A DNA stretch of 64,000 bases from an uncultured Synergistales bacterium (GTDB taxonomy: Bacteria; Synergistota; Synergistia; Synergistales; Aminobacteriaceae): NCBI GenBank assembly GCA_905233725.1, contig CAJOEM010000001.1, positions 2,772 to 66,771 on the forward strand. The letters are read 5' to 3'. Within the stretch, counting starts at the first letter, position 1; each line of letters opens with the position of its first letter. Of the stretch, positions 18,223-27,214 are shown one piece after another. Both the position numbers and the translations under genes were made by a program. The notes beneath the pieces were generated by a model. It was given only the letters and a program-made list of their open reading frames with translations, was not told the origin of the DNA and did not search any database.

Positions 18223-19512
18223 GTGGGAATTTCTAACAAGATTAAGAATATCGGAATCATAACTTCGGGCGGAGATTGCGGCGGATTGAATGCTGTTGTG
18301 CGTGGTGCTGCGAAAACTGCTCTCATGCGCGGAATGAAAACGTATATTATTCCGAACGGCTATGCTGGACTTTATAATCTCGTCGAGTTCAAAGAGCTTG
18401 TCGGACTTGATGAGGAACGCACGGATCATGTCAACTCGTCATTTGCAGGCAGCGATGCAGGTCACAGCCGCGTGAAAATCTCGAAAATTTCTGACCCGGA
18501 CAAATATGATCGTATCATGATGGGTTTGCGAAAATTCAATCTTGACGGCTTGTTAATTTCCGGCGGTGATGATACAGGCAGCGTCGTTGTAGACTTGGCC
18601 GAACACGGGATCCCTTGCGTACACGCTCCCAAAACTATGGACATTGATCTTCAGACTTATTCAGTCGGTGGAGATTCTGCGATTAACAAGATTGCTACGA
18701 TTGTTGACGATTTGAAGACTACAGGAACTACGCATAATCGAATCATGATAATCGAAGTTTTCGGAAGATACGCTGGACACACGGCATTCAGAGGCGGAAT
18801 TGCTGCGGACGCGGATTGCATTTTGATCCCGGAAGTTCCTGTTGATTTCGATGCAGTTTACGCTCACTTGAAGCATTATTATATTCGCAGGATTTTGAAT
18901 TCTGACGTTCATTCAGGCACGTATACAATCGTTGTAGCTGAAGGTGTCAGAGGTGCGGACGGTGAATTATTCTCTAGCTCGAACAAGAAAGACGCGTTTG
19001 GCCACGTGAGACTTGGCGGAGCTGGTGCGTATGTTCGCGACAAAATCGAGTCAATGATGAGGGACGATCCGGAGATTAAGCAGTTCATGAAGACTTCAGG
19101 AATGTACGTTCCGGGCGTTTTCGAAATTCCTGAGATTCGCGAAATAGTCCCGAGCCATATCGTTCGCAGCGGCTCAACTTCAGCATATGACGTCAGCTTT
19201 GGAAAAGAAATCGGTTCTGCAGCGGTGCTTTTGCTTGAAGCCGGTATCAGTGGCGTTACGGTCATGAATGCTTACGGCGGGACAATACGTTATATGCCAA
19301 CGTCTGAAGCAATCGAACAGAGACTCGTAAGTCTTGAGAACGTTGCGTTCTATGAGCAGATGGACATTTGTTTCGGTCGCAAGCGCCAGGATTTTGTGCC
19401 GAAGTTCAAAGAGCATCACAGCGCGAGTTCTATGGGGCGTTGGACGTACTCAACAGAGGTCGAGGCAGAAGCCAAAGCCGACGCTAGAGAAGCACAGGAA
19501 CACAAGCAATAG
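18223..19512 (+). CDS. pfp: 6-phosphofructokinase, probably pyrophosphate-dependent
   Basis: IGIITSGGDCGGLNAVVRG, ISGGDDTGS and PKTMDIDL. The Asp and Lys at the positions equivalent to E. coli PfkA G104/G124 are the PPi-type signature. GTG start at 18223, 8 nt after AGGAGG (18209-18214). Confidence 0.8.
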   Translation: MGISNKIKNIGIITSGGDCGGLNAVVRGAAKTALMRGMKTYIIPNGYAGLYNLVEFKELVGLDEERTDHVNSSFAGSDAGHSRVKISKISDPDKYDRIMMGLRKFNLDGLLISGGDDTGSVVVDLAEHGIPCVHAPKTMDIDLQTYSVGGDSAINKIATIVDDLKTTGTTHNRIMIIEVFGRYAGHTAFRGGIAADADCILIPEVPVDFDAVYAHLKHYYIRRILNSDVHSGTYTIVVAEGVRGADGELFSSSNKKDAFGHVRLGGAGAYVRDKIESMMRDDPEIKQFMKTSGMYVPGVFEIPEIREIVPSHIVRSGSTSAYDVSFGKEIGSAAVLLLEAGISGVTVMNAYGGTIRYMPTSEAIEQRLVSLENVAFYEQMDICFGRKRQDFVPKFKEHHSASSMGRWTYSTEVEAEAKADAREAQEHKQ

Positions 19513-19527
19513 TTTTTACATGTGAGA

Positions 19528-19553
19528 GACTCGGAGCGTATCCGGGTCTTTTT
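19528..19553 (+). terminator. Rho-independent terminator after pfp
   Basis: Stem GACTCGG / CCGGGTC (7 bp with one G-U pair), 7-nt loop, then TTTTT. Confidence 0.55.
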
Positions 19554-19568
19554 GATTCATGATTCGTG

Positions 19569-20900
19569 TCACAGGATTTCGCCGAATAAATCGCCAGCTT
19601 CACAGTCAAGAATTTTCACGTTCACGAAATCGCCAGGCTTGAGTTTAGAAATATTACCCGAAGCACTCGAAGCACACGTCATGCCGTCAATCTCCGGAGC
19701 ATCTCGGAAAGTCCTGCCCCAAACTTCGCCGGACTCGCGATCAATATCTTCAACCAGAACTCGCAATTCGTGATTCAAGAATAATTCGCTGCGTTCGTGA
19801 GAAATTCGTGATTGCAATTCGGATAGCTTATTCGCACGGAAATTCGCAACTTTTTTCCCAACACGCGCAGGTTTGCGGAGTTTTGCTGCAAGAGTGCCTT
19901 CTTCAGGTGAATACGCAAATGTCCCGGCAAAATCAAAGCGTATTTCCTCCAGAAAATCCAGAAGCCGATCAAATTTCTCGTCCGTTTCACCATTGAAGCC
20001 TGTCATAATCGTAGTTCTCAGCGCAAATTTTTCGTCGCATTCACGAATATACCTGAAGATTCTCTCGATGTGTCCGGGTTCGCACGGGCGATTCATGAGT
20101 GACAAAATTTCCGGATCGATATGCTGAATCGGCACGTCTAGATAATGCAGAACTTTCTCGCAACTCATAACGAAATCTACAAATCTCTCGTCAACGCGCT
20201 TCGGGTGCAGGTAAAACAATCGCAGCCAAGTATCATCCGGAATCTCTCGCTGCAATTCGCGGATTAATCCCTGCAAGTTCGTCCCGTCCGAAAAATCCTG
20301 CCCGTAAACCGTCAAATCCTGCCCAACCAGACACAACTCACGCGCACCAGCTGCACAGAGAATCTTCGCCTCGGAAATTATTTTCTCAATCGGCACACTT
20401 CGCAATCTTCCACGAATCAACGGTATCGCACAGTAAGAGCATAACGTGTTGCAACCCTCGCTGATTTTCAAGTAACGCGTCCAGAAATTTTTGTTGAGAG
20501 CTATAACCGAACGTTCGCAGTTTTGCATATTATGATTATGCGTCCCGTTCAGGAAATTTATTACACGCTCCCATTCTTCGGAACGCACGAATAAATCAAC
20601 GCTGGGCAATTCTTTTCGCAATTCTGATTCGTAGCGGTTAACCAGACAGCCAGCAACGATTAATTTTTTCACAAGCCCGTGATTCTTGAGTTCTTCAAGA
20701 TCGAGTATTGCGTCGATATTCTCTTTCACAGCGTCCTGTATAAAACCGCAAGTGTTGATTATCGCAACGTCTGCGTGTTCAGATGCTTCGGAGTCAAGTT
20801 CTGCGACAACTTCGTGACCGTGAGCGATGAGTGTGCCGCTTAAGTACTCGCTGTCAACGGAATTTTTCGCACAACCCATGCTCACAAGAAATATTTTCAT
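19569..20900 (-). CDS. rimO: Ribosomal protein S12 methylthiotransferase RimO
   Basis: MKIFLVSMGCAKNSVDSE (UPF0004 domain), radical-SAM motif CNTLCSYCAIP, and a C-terminal TRAM domain. 443 aa. Confidence 0.8.
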   Translation of the reverse strand: MKIFLVSMGCAKNSVDSEYLSGTLIAHGHEVVAELDSEASEHADVAIINTCGFIQDAVKENIDAILDLEELKNHGLVKKLIVAGCLVNRYESELRKELPSVDLFVRSEEWERVINFLNGTHNHNMQNCERSVIALNKNFWTRYLKISEGCNTLCSYCAIPLIRGRLRSVPIEKIISEAKILCAAGARELCLVGQDLTVYGQDFSDGTNLQGLIRELQREIPDDTWLRLFYLHPKRVDERFVDFVMSCEKVLHYLDVPIQHIDPEILSLMNRPCEPGHIERIFRYIRECDEKFALRTTIMTGFNGETDEKFDRLLDFLEEIRFDFAGTFAYSPEEGTLAAKLRKPARVGKKVANFRANKLSELQSRISHERSELFLNHELRVLVEDIDRESGEVWGRTFRDAPEIDGMTCASSASGNISKLKPGDFVNVKILDCEAGDLFGEIL

Positions 20901-20903
20901 GAA

Positions 20904-21965
20904 TTACACGTACTCGTTAAAGCTTTCTTTGTCGATGGATTTTATCTGAACGACTTTCTCGACACTGACGCAGAAATCTTTTGCAATCATTAGCTGCGAT
21001 AATTTCGAGCCGTCAATTAGCATCAAGTGTTCATCTTCGGCGTAATCTTCGGCTTCTTCGGAAAATTCTGCTGTAGTTGCGAACAGACCTTTGCCGCCAC
21101 GATTTGAAAGCACACGCGAGAATTTCTGAAGTTCAGCTCTGCCGACTGTAGCATCTGGTGAATGCTTCCGAGCCTGAATGTAAATCGGAGTTAAACCGGC
21201 GCGGTCCTCGAGAATTACGCCGTGAATCAGATTATCTCCGGAGATTTCGTTTGTGTAGCGCGCATTTCTGAACGCACGATAGCCCATTTTCGAGAGCAAG
21301 TCTATGACCAAACGTTCGAATGATTCTTGATCGAGATTTGCGAGTGTACTCAGAATTTTCTCGGCTAAATCGTTGTTCATGCGTTCGATTGCTGCGTCGA
21401 GATTTTCAAATGAGACTTTCGGCAGAGTGTTTTCGACCGGGACAAGTGTGCTGTCGGATTCAGATTTTGCTCCAGGTTTAGCTTCGGATTCTTGCGTGGA
21501 ATTTTCGTTCACGAGTTCGTCGTTTTCAATCGGCACATCAACGCTTTCTGTATCGACAAATTCTGGGTCATCAATTACGATCCCGTCGTCAGATTCTTCA
21601 GCTTCTTCTGAGATACCGTCAAGAATTTCCGAAACATCATCGCCAGATTCATCAATCGCTTCGAAATAATCCTCGTCGAAAACTTCCACATTTTCGAGAG
21701 CGTTTTTGCCGTCGTCGTTCAGTGCGTATTCTGGGAATTTTGGGCTGTAGAGTAATCCGCGTTTTTTCAGGAGTGTTCGTGCGGTCTTGATGTTTTGCTT
21801 GAAATAGTTCTTGTCAGTTGTCGTCAATTCCGAGAGAGCGATACCCAATTTTTCCGCGACATTTTCCTCGAGATATTTTGCGCTGAAATCGTGAGGCTCA
21901 CCGTCAGCGTAAAGTTCGAGGAACGGCCTGCAAATTTCATAAGCGTCTGGAACTGAGATTGGCAT
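20904..21965 (-). CDS. mrr: Mrr-family restriction endonuclease-like protein (Mrr_N winged helix + ~100-aa acidic linker + Mrr_cat PD-(D/E)xK domain)
   Basis: The N-terminus resembles Mrr_N (AYEICRPFLELYADGEPH...TARTLLKKRGLL). The C-terminus LVIDLLSKMGYRAF...GVILEDRAGLTPIYIQARK...VGRAELQKF fits the D...(Q/E)xK nuclease core. Confidence 0.65.
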   Translation of the reverse strand: MPISVPDAYEICRPFLELYADGEPHDFSAKYLEENVAEKLGIALSELTTTDKNYFKQNIKTARTLLKKRGLLYSPKFPEYALNDDGKNALENVEVFDEDYFEAIDESGDDVSEILDGISEEAEESDDGIVIDDPEFVDTESVDVPIENDELVNENSTQESEAKPGAKSESDSTLVPVENTLPKVSFENLDAAIERMNNDLAEKILSTLANLDQESFERLVIDLLSKMGYRAFRNARYTNEISGDNLIHGVILEDRAGLTPIYIQARKHSPDATVGRAELQKFSRVLSNRGGKGLFATTAEFSEEAEDYAEDEHLMLIDGSKLSQLMIAKDFCVSVEKVVQIKSIDKESFNEYV

Positions 21966-22097
21966 TTTCTAATAATTCACCTCGTGTAAAAAATTATTCT
22001 TTTCGCAAAATTATACCCCAAAACTAAGTTGCAGCAAATTTTTCAACACGGACAACTTGACGAAAATATTCTGTTCGAGTAAAATTCCAACTTGTGC

Positions 22098-22174
22098 GGG
22101 CTTGTAGCTCAAGTGGTCAGAGCCACCGGCTCATAACCGGAAGGTTCCTGGTTCGAGTCCAGGCAGGCCCACCA
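22098..22174 (+). tRNA. tRNA with anticodon CAT (elongator Met or lysidine-modified Ile2), with encoded CCA end
   Basis: Hand-folded cloverleaf. Acceptor GGGCTTG/CAGGCCC, D-arm GCTC..GAGC, anticodon loop CT-CAT-AA, T-arm CCTGG-TTCGAGT-CCAGG, then ACCA. The 1:72 pair is G:C and there is no GGG/CCC anticodon stem, so it is not an initiator. Confidence 0.85.
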
Positions 22175-22331
22175 AATCATAATCGCGCACATAATTTACA
22201 CTTAATAAATCAGACAACAATGAACTCGTCATTACGGCGGGTTCTTTTGATTCTGCAGAAATTCCTGTTTACATGTTGTGGCAAGTGAATGAAAAAATTG
22301 TAGGAATTGCGTTTTGTGCTAGTATTAAATA

Positions 22332-24245
22332 ATGATTGACGTTAAAAATTTGAAGTTGCATTTTAATAACAAAATTATTTTCAACGACGCAAGTTTGCAG
22401 ATTCAAGATAACGCACGAATCGGCATTGTTGGAGCAAACGGTTCCGGGAAGACAACGTTATTGCGCGTACTCGTCGGGAAAATTGATTTCGATGACGGGA
22501 CAATCGAACGCTCGAAGAATCTATCAATCGGCTATTTGCCACAGGACCTGATCGAGCTCGAAGCGATACCGTTAATGTCGCTGCTTAAAAATCGTGCCGG
22601 GATCGACTCAGTTGAGAAAAAATTACGCGAACTCGAAGCCAGACTTGAAACACAATCTCCAGAATCAGTCTCGGAATTATTATCTGAACATTCCAGATTA
22701 GAGCGACGTTTCGAGAATCTCGGAGGATTTGCTTTCGAGGCAATGGCAATGAAAATTCTGCACGGTTTGGGATTTGCTAAGGGAGACGAACTCAAGAATT
22801 GCGCGGAATTTTCCGGTGGCTGGAAGATGCGAATCGCGATTGCTGCGCTGTTGATTGCTTCACACGATGTGTTATTGCTCGACGAACCCACGAATCATCT
22901 CGACACAGAAAGCATGGAATGGCTCGAAGGCTGGCTCAGAACTCACAAAGGCGCGGTTGTTGCAGTTTCACACGACCAGAGATTCCTCGAGAACATAGCT
23001 TCAAATATCGCCGAAATCGAGAATGGCAAGATAATTTTCTATCCGTACGAATACGATCAATATCTGGAAATCCGCCAGCAAAGACGCGAACAACTTGAGA
23101 AATTATTCACTCAGCAACAGAGCAAAATCCAGAAAATCGAGTCATTCGTGAATCGCTTCAGATATAAAGCTACGAAAGCTGCACAAGTCCAGAGCCGAAT
23201 CAAACAGCTTGAAAAAATCGAACGCCTCGAGAAAATCGAACTCTCACAAAATCCCAAGTCCGTGAAAATCGCAATTCCAGAATCAGAGCCAAGCGGCTGG
23301 GAAGTTTTGAAAGTCACGGATATGTCTAAAAATTACGGAGCGTTGCAAGTCTTTCATGATATAAGCTTCACACTCAATCGTGGCGAACGTGTCGCTTTAG
23401 TCGGCGTAAACGGTGCCGGGAAATCTACGCTGCTGCGGATTATCAGCTCAAACGAATCTGCAACATCTGGAAATCTGAAACTCGGACATAACGTGAACTT
23501 CGCGTATTTTTCACAAGAAAGCGCGAATAATATTACATACACTCGCACAATCTGGGAAGAAGCCAGAGCCGTATCTTCAAAGCTCAATGACATCGAACGC
23601 AGGAATTTACTCGGAGCTTTTTTATTCTCAGGTGAGGATATTCACAAACAGGTTTCTGTTCTATCCGGCGGTGAAAAAGCCAGGCTCGCACTATACAAGT
23701 TAATGCTGACCGAGACGAACTTTCTGATTTTGGACGAACCTACGAATCATCTTGACCAGAATACGCGCGAAATTGTTGAACGGGCGTTGCTGAAATATCA
23801 GGGAACGCTGCTAATCGTGTCGCATGACCGGCATTTCTTGGATACGCTGGCTGAACGTGTGCTGGAAATTCGTGACGGAAACTTGTACGATTACCCGGGG
23901 AATTACTCGTATTTTCTGGAGAAACGTGAGGAAACTCTGGCTGCAAAATTGCAAATTCAAAACCCAAAGCAAAAGCCCCAACTCGACAAACAACAACGTG
24001 ATGAACAGCTCAAACTCAAGCGAGAACTCAGGAAAAAAATCTCCCAAACCGAGCAGCTAATCTCAGAACTTGAAGCCCGAAAGCAAGCTATAGATTCAGA
24101 CTTGTGCAATCCGGAAATTCTTGCAAATTCTGAGCGTATTAAAAACTTGATGATCGAACGTAACAAGCTGGAATCTCAACTCGAAGCGCAATACTCAATC
24201 TGGGAAAATTTGTCTCAAGAGCTCGAAAGCGTCTCCCCAAAATAA
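22332..24245 (+). CDS. ABC-F family ATPase (two ABC domains, no TM domain, C-terminal coiled coil)
   Basis: Walker A GANGSGKTT and GVNGAGKST, signatures FSGGWKMR and LSGGEKARLAL, and a Lys/Glu/Gln-rich C-terminal helix. Confidence 0.85.
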   Translation: MIDVKNLKLHFNNKIIFNDASLQIQDNARIGIVGANGSGKTTLLRVLVGKIDFDDGTIERSKNLSIGYLPQDLIELEAIPLMSLLKNRAGIDSVEKKLRELEARLETQSPESVSELLSEHSRLERRFENLGGFAFEAMAMKILHGLGFAKGDELKNCAEFSGGWKMRIAIAALLIASHDVLLLDEPTNHLDTESMEWLEGWLRTHKGAVVAVSHDQRFLENIASNIAEIENGKIIFYPYEYDQYLEIRQQRREQLEKLFTQQQSKIQKIESFVNRFRYKATKAAQVQSRIKQLEKIERLEKIELSQNPKSVKIAIPESEPSGWEVLKVTDMSKNYGALQVFHDISFTLNRGERVALVGVNGAGKSTLLRIISSNESATSGNLKLGHNVNFAYFSQESANNITYTRTIWEEARAVSSKLNDIERRNLLGAFLFSGEDIHKQVSVLSGGEKARLALYKLMLTETNFLILDEPTNHLDQNTREIVERALLKYQGTLLIVSHDRHFLDTLAERVLEIRDGNLYDYPGNYSYFLEKREETLAAKLQIQNPKQKPQLDKQQRDEQLKLKRELRKKISQTEQLISELEARKQAIDSDLCNPEILANSERIKNLMIERNKLESQLEAQYSIWENLSQELESVSPK

Positions 24246-24246
24246 T

Positions 24247-24585
24247 CTAGTATCCACGAATTATCAGCCTGTTAGATGAGCCTTTTTCCTGATAGATTTT
24301 GCTGGGTGTATTTATCTCCGGTTTTTTGTGAGTATCTTGTGTATCTTGCAGTGGTTTTTGCGTGCGGGAATTTTCTGTCTCAGTTTTTTCGCGAACGTCT
24401 TCAGATTCAAGTTCAAGAGATTCAAGAATTGCCTTTTTCTTCCTGGCTCTTAACCGTTGCTTGCGAGTTGATACATATTCTCTCACACTTTCGGAGCTTG
24501 CTGCATGAGCGTCCCCCACGACCGAATAGCTACAAGCCGTCAGCACGAACACTACCATAATTACAGCCAGAACTCTCTTTCTCAC
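24247..24585 (-). CDS. Small lipoprotein, function unknown
   Basis: The GTG at 24585 is preceded by AGGGGAG and gives MRKRVLAVIMVVFVLTAC (lipobox LTAC). The longer ORF (to 24648) would start directly after a terminator hairpin and would contain a TGTGATATAAT extended -10 element. Confidence 0.45.
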   Translation of the reverse strand: MRKRVLAVIMVVFVLTACSYSVVGDAHAASSESVREYVSTRKQRLRARKKKAILESLELESEDVREKTETENSRTQKPLQDTQDTHKKPEINTPSKIYQEKGSSNRLIIRGY

Positions 24586-24664
24586 GATTAAACACTCTCC
24601 CCTGTTGCGAATATTTTCGCGCATTATATCACAGGAGCTCGCAGACATGAAAAAAGGGGCGTGA

Positions 24665-24949
24665 TTACCCCTTGACTATTTCCGTGAAATCCGACCAATC
24701 TTCAAGCTTGAACGCTCGAATATCACAAACGCTTTTCTTGAACCAGTTTATATTAGATAACTTGTTGATCGCCCTGTAAACTGTCGCTAAGTTATTTTCC
24801 TGTCCCTGGCAGATTTAAACGCTGCCCTGAGTCCATTCAAAGCCAACGTTCTGCAATTCTTTCTTGATTTCGTCATAAGCTTGATCGTACAGATCGCCGT
24901 ATTCCCGCTTCAAAACGTCAATCTTTAGATCAAAAGCTATAGCACACAA
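24665..24949 (-). pseudogene. vapD: vapD-like (Cas2-superfamily endoribonuclease) gene interrupted by one in-frame TAA (codon 45, at 24815-24817)
   Basis: My own translation: (M)[92 protein letters not shown]. It is collinear with VapD as I remember it (MYAIAFDL...FGF..TQGSLY...VRDIRAFRIEQWSDFT). RBS GAGGTG lies upstream of the TTG start. Confidence 0.75.
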
Positions 24950-24979
24950 CGTAACACCTCAAGTTATATTTCTAACACA

Positions 24980-26260
24980 TTACGCAACTTTCTTGAAGCG
25001 TGCTCTGTGAACGTGTTCGGGTAATGCTGGTTCGATTTCTCCGGCTTTGGTCAGCGAAATTCTCGTCAACATTGGTCCGACTAACTCGTAGATCAACACG
25101 CTGAACAGGATTATGTTGCGAATCAATCCAGCCATCTCAGAACCCAAAACTTGCGAATTAACAACCATTCCTAACGCAACGCCTGCTTGGGGAAATAACG
25201 TTATGCCCAAATATTTCTTCACGTTCGAGCTGCAATTCATGATGCTGCTGCTCCATAACGCTCCGATATATTTGCCCAGACATCGCGTGATAATATAAAC
25301 TGCTCCAATTATCACAATCGGCACATACTGGAACACGCTCAGCTCCAAGCGCGCTCCGGATAACACGAAAAATACTGCATACAACGGCGCGGACCATTTC
25401 TCAGAACGTTTCATAATATCATGTGAGTATTCGCTCAAATTGCAGAACGTCGTTCCAAGCATCATGCACACAAGTAATGCTGAGAATCCGATTTTTACGC
25501 TGCCAAGCTCGAATTTCTGACTTGATAACGCGATCGTCATCAGGATAAACGCGATCGTCATTGAGAGTCTGTTCGTGTTCGAAAAGAATAATTTCTCAAT
25601 CTCAGTTAATACGAATCCCATGAAAGCTCCCAGTGCGAGTGAGCAAATTATTTCCAGCAACGGGTTAATTATAATCGAGATAACATTCACGCTGCCGCCG
25701 ATTAAAGCCTGAGCCAATCCAATCGACACCGCAAATATCACAAGTCCGGCAGCATCGTCCAACGCAACTATCGGCAATAACAGATCCGTAACAGGTCCTT
25801 TCGCCTTGAACTGTCGAACAACCATCAAAGTCGCAGCAGGTGCGGTCGCAGCAGCAATCGCTCCCAAAGTTATCGCAACTGGCAACGGCAAAATATCCGA
25901 ACCCAAATACAGGCTCAAACTCACAAGTACTAAATCTACAAGCAGCGTCGTTATCACAGCCTGAAAAATTCCGATGAATGTAGCAGCTTTTCCCATAGTT
26001 TTCAATCTGCCAATGCTGAACTCGTTGCCAATGTCAAACGCAATGAAGCCCAACGCAATATTCGACAAAATACCAACGTTCGCTAAATCCTCAGGCGTAG
26101 AAAATCCCAGATTATATTTTCCCAACACATACGGTCCAACACACACACCTGCTATCAAAAACGCCGTAACGTCCGGGAATTTGAAGCCCAGAATCTTGAA
26201 CACTCGCGTCATAATCAATCCGGCAAATAACGCAAACGCTGTCTCCAATAAACTTGTCAT
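24980..26260 (-). CDS. Cation:proton antiporter (CPA2/Kef-type Na+/H+ exchanger family)
   Basis: 426 aa with about 12 predicted TM helices. The N-terminal pattern is typical of the Na_H_Exchanger family (LFAGLIMTRVFKILGFKFPDVTAFLIAGVCVGP). Confidence 0.7.
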   Translation of the reverse strand: MTSLLETAFALFAGLIMTRVFKILGFKFPDVTAFLIAGVCVGPYVLGKYNLGFSTPEDLANVGILSNIALGFIAFDIGNEFSIGRLKTMGKAATFIGIFQAVITTLLVDLVLVSLSLYLGSDILPLPVAITLGAIAAATAPAATLMVVRQFKAKGPVTDLLLPIVALDDAAGLVIFAVSIGLAQALIGGSVNVISIIINPLLEIICSLALGAFMGFVLTEIEKLFFSNTNRLSMTIAFILMTIALSSQKFELGSVKIGFSALLVCMMLGTTFCNLSEYSHDIMKRSEKWSAPLYAVFFVLSGARLELSVFQYVPIVIIGAVYIITRCLGKYIGALWSSSIMNCSSNVKKYLGITLFPQAGVALGMVVNSQVLGSEMAGLIRNIILFSVLIYELVGPMLTRISLTKAGEIEPALPEHVHRARFKKVA

Positions 26261-26323
26261 GTAAAAAAAACATGTCCTTCTTTCGCAAAATATTTTTCAA
26301 ACGCGGAATTATAGCACAAATTT

Positions 26324-27214
26324 TCACAAGAGCAAGAATAATCCCGAAATTATTACGCTGCAAATTATGAATGGCAAAATCGTCAAGAGATTCATGATTA
26401 GCATTTTCGCAGCAAGTTTTCGTTCGAACATTCCAAAGTAATAGCCGGCATTCTGTCGCAAAATTCTCGTCACAGTTCCCAACGCACTGCCCAATATCAA
26501 CATGAATACGGCCTGACTGACGCTCAAATCTCCGCGCTCAAGACTTCCTCCAGCCAATGCCAACGCCGTCGTCACGTGAGCAATCGACCCAGCAGCAATC
26601 GCCCAAGCCGAAATCGGAATCATGCTTCCTGAAAATCCCCCGACAAATTCTTCGAGCCAATCATTCATGAACGGGATTAATGCGTAAGTCAGAGCGAAGA
26701 ATATCCAGCAGAAAACAAGATTCTTGAACACGTACTTGCAAAATCTCGCGAAATTCCTGTTTTGTGATCCTGGCAGATTCGCAAAATCTCCGGAACTCGA
26801 AAAATCCCCGCTTCTCAAAAATATAAATGCAACGAAAAATCTCGCAGCACTCCGCAATAACAAGAACACCGCGAAAATTCCACCGGCTAATCCAGCAATG
26901 CTGACAGACAGCGCAAATGTCGAGAACCATCGCTTCAGATATGACGGGAACGGCAGCATTAACACCGACCAAATCGCATCACGTTCGGAAATAATATTTT
27001 TCTCAAGAGCAGACGCAATTATTCCGGCACCGGTCCTGGATGAGCCAGCACTAAGCGAAATCGCGAGAGCTGCAACCGGATTCACGCGCAGAAATCTTGA
27101 CATGAATCGCAAAATTCTCTCGGAAATCCCTGAACGCATGATTAACTCACCGGCAATACTCCCGAATATTACGTCAAGAGTCAATCGCAACTCACCAGAT
27201 ATTAATCCAGACAT
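26324..27214 (-). CDS. Polytopic membrane protein, possibly with a nucleoside-recognition (Gate) domain
   Basis: Hydrophobic throughout. The start is taken at ATG 27214 (MSGLISGELRL...), because the longer ORF overlaps the cbiL-like gene by >200 nt. Confidence 0.35.
   Translation of the reverse strand: MSGLISGELRLTLDVIFGSIAGELIMRSGISERILRFMSRFLRVNPVAALAISLSAGSSRTGAGIIASALEKNIISERDAIWSVLMLPFPSYLKRWFSTFALSVSIAGLAGGIFAVFLLLRSAARFFVAFIFLRSGDFSSSGDFANLPGSQNRNFARFCKYVFKNLVFCWIFFALTYALIPFMNDWLEEFVGGFSGSMIPISAWAIAAGSIAHVTTALALAGGSLERGDLSVSQAVFMLILGSALGTVTRILRQNAGYYFGMFERKLAAKMLIMNLLTILPFIICSVIISGLFLLL

Noticed and set aside
22220-22288. 22-codon uORF (MNSSLRRVLLILQKFLFTCCGK) between the tRNA and the ABC-F gene, as a possible attenuation leader peptide. 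The 64-aa track ORF 22094-22288 is in the same frame.
   Set aside because: There is no convincing RBS and no clear alternative terminator/antiterminator pairing. The longer ORF overlaps the tRNA gene. This remains pure speculation without conservation data.
24586-24648. Upstream ATG (24648) for the small lipoprotein ORF
   Set aside because: It sits immediately after the vapD terminator hairpin without an RBS, and the extension contains a likely extended -10 promoter element. The GTG at 24585 gives a textbook lipoprotein signal peptide.
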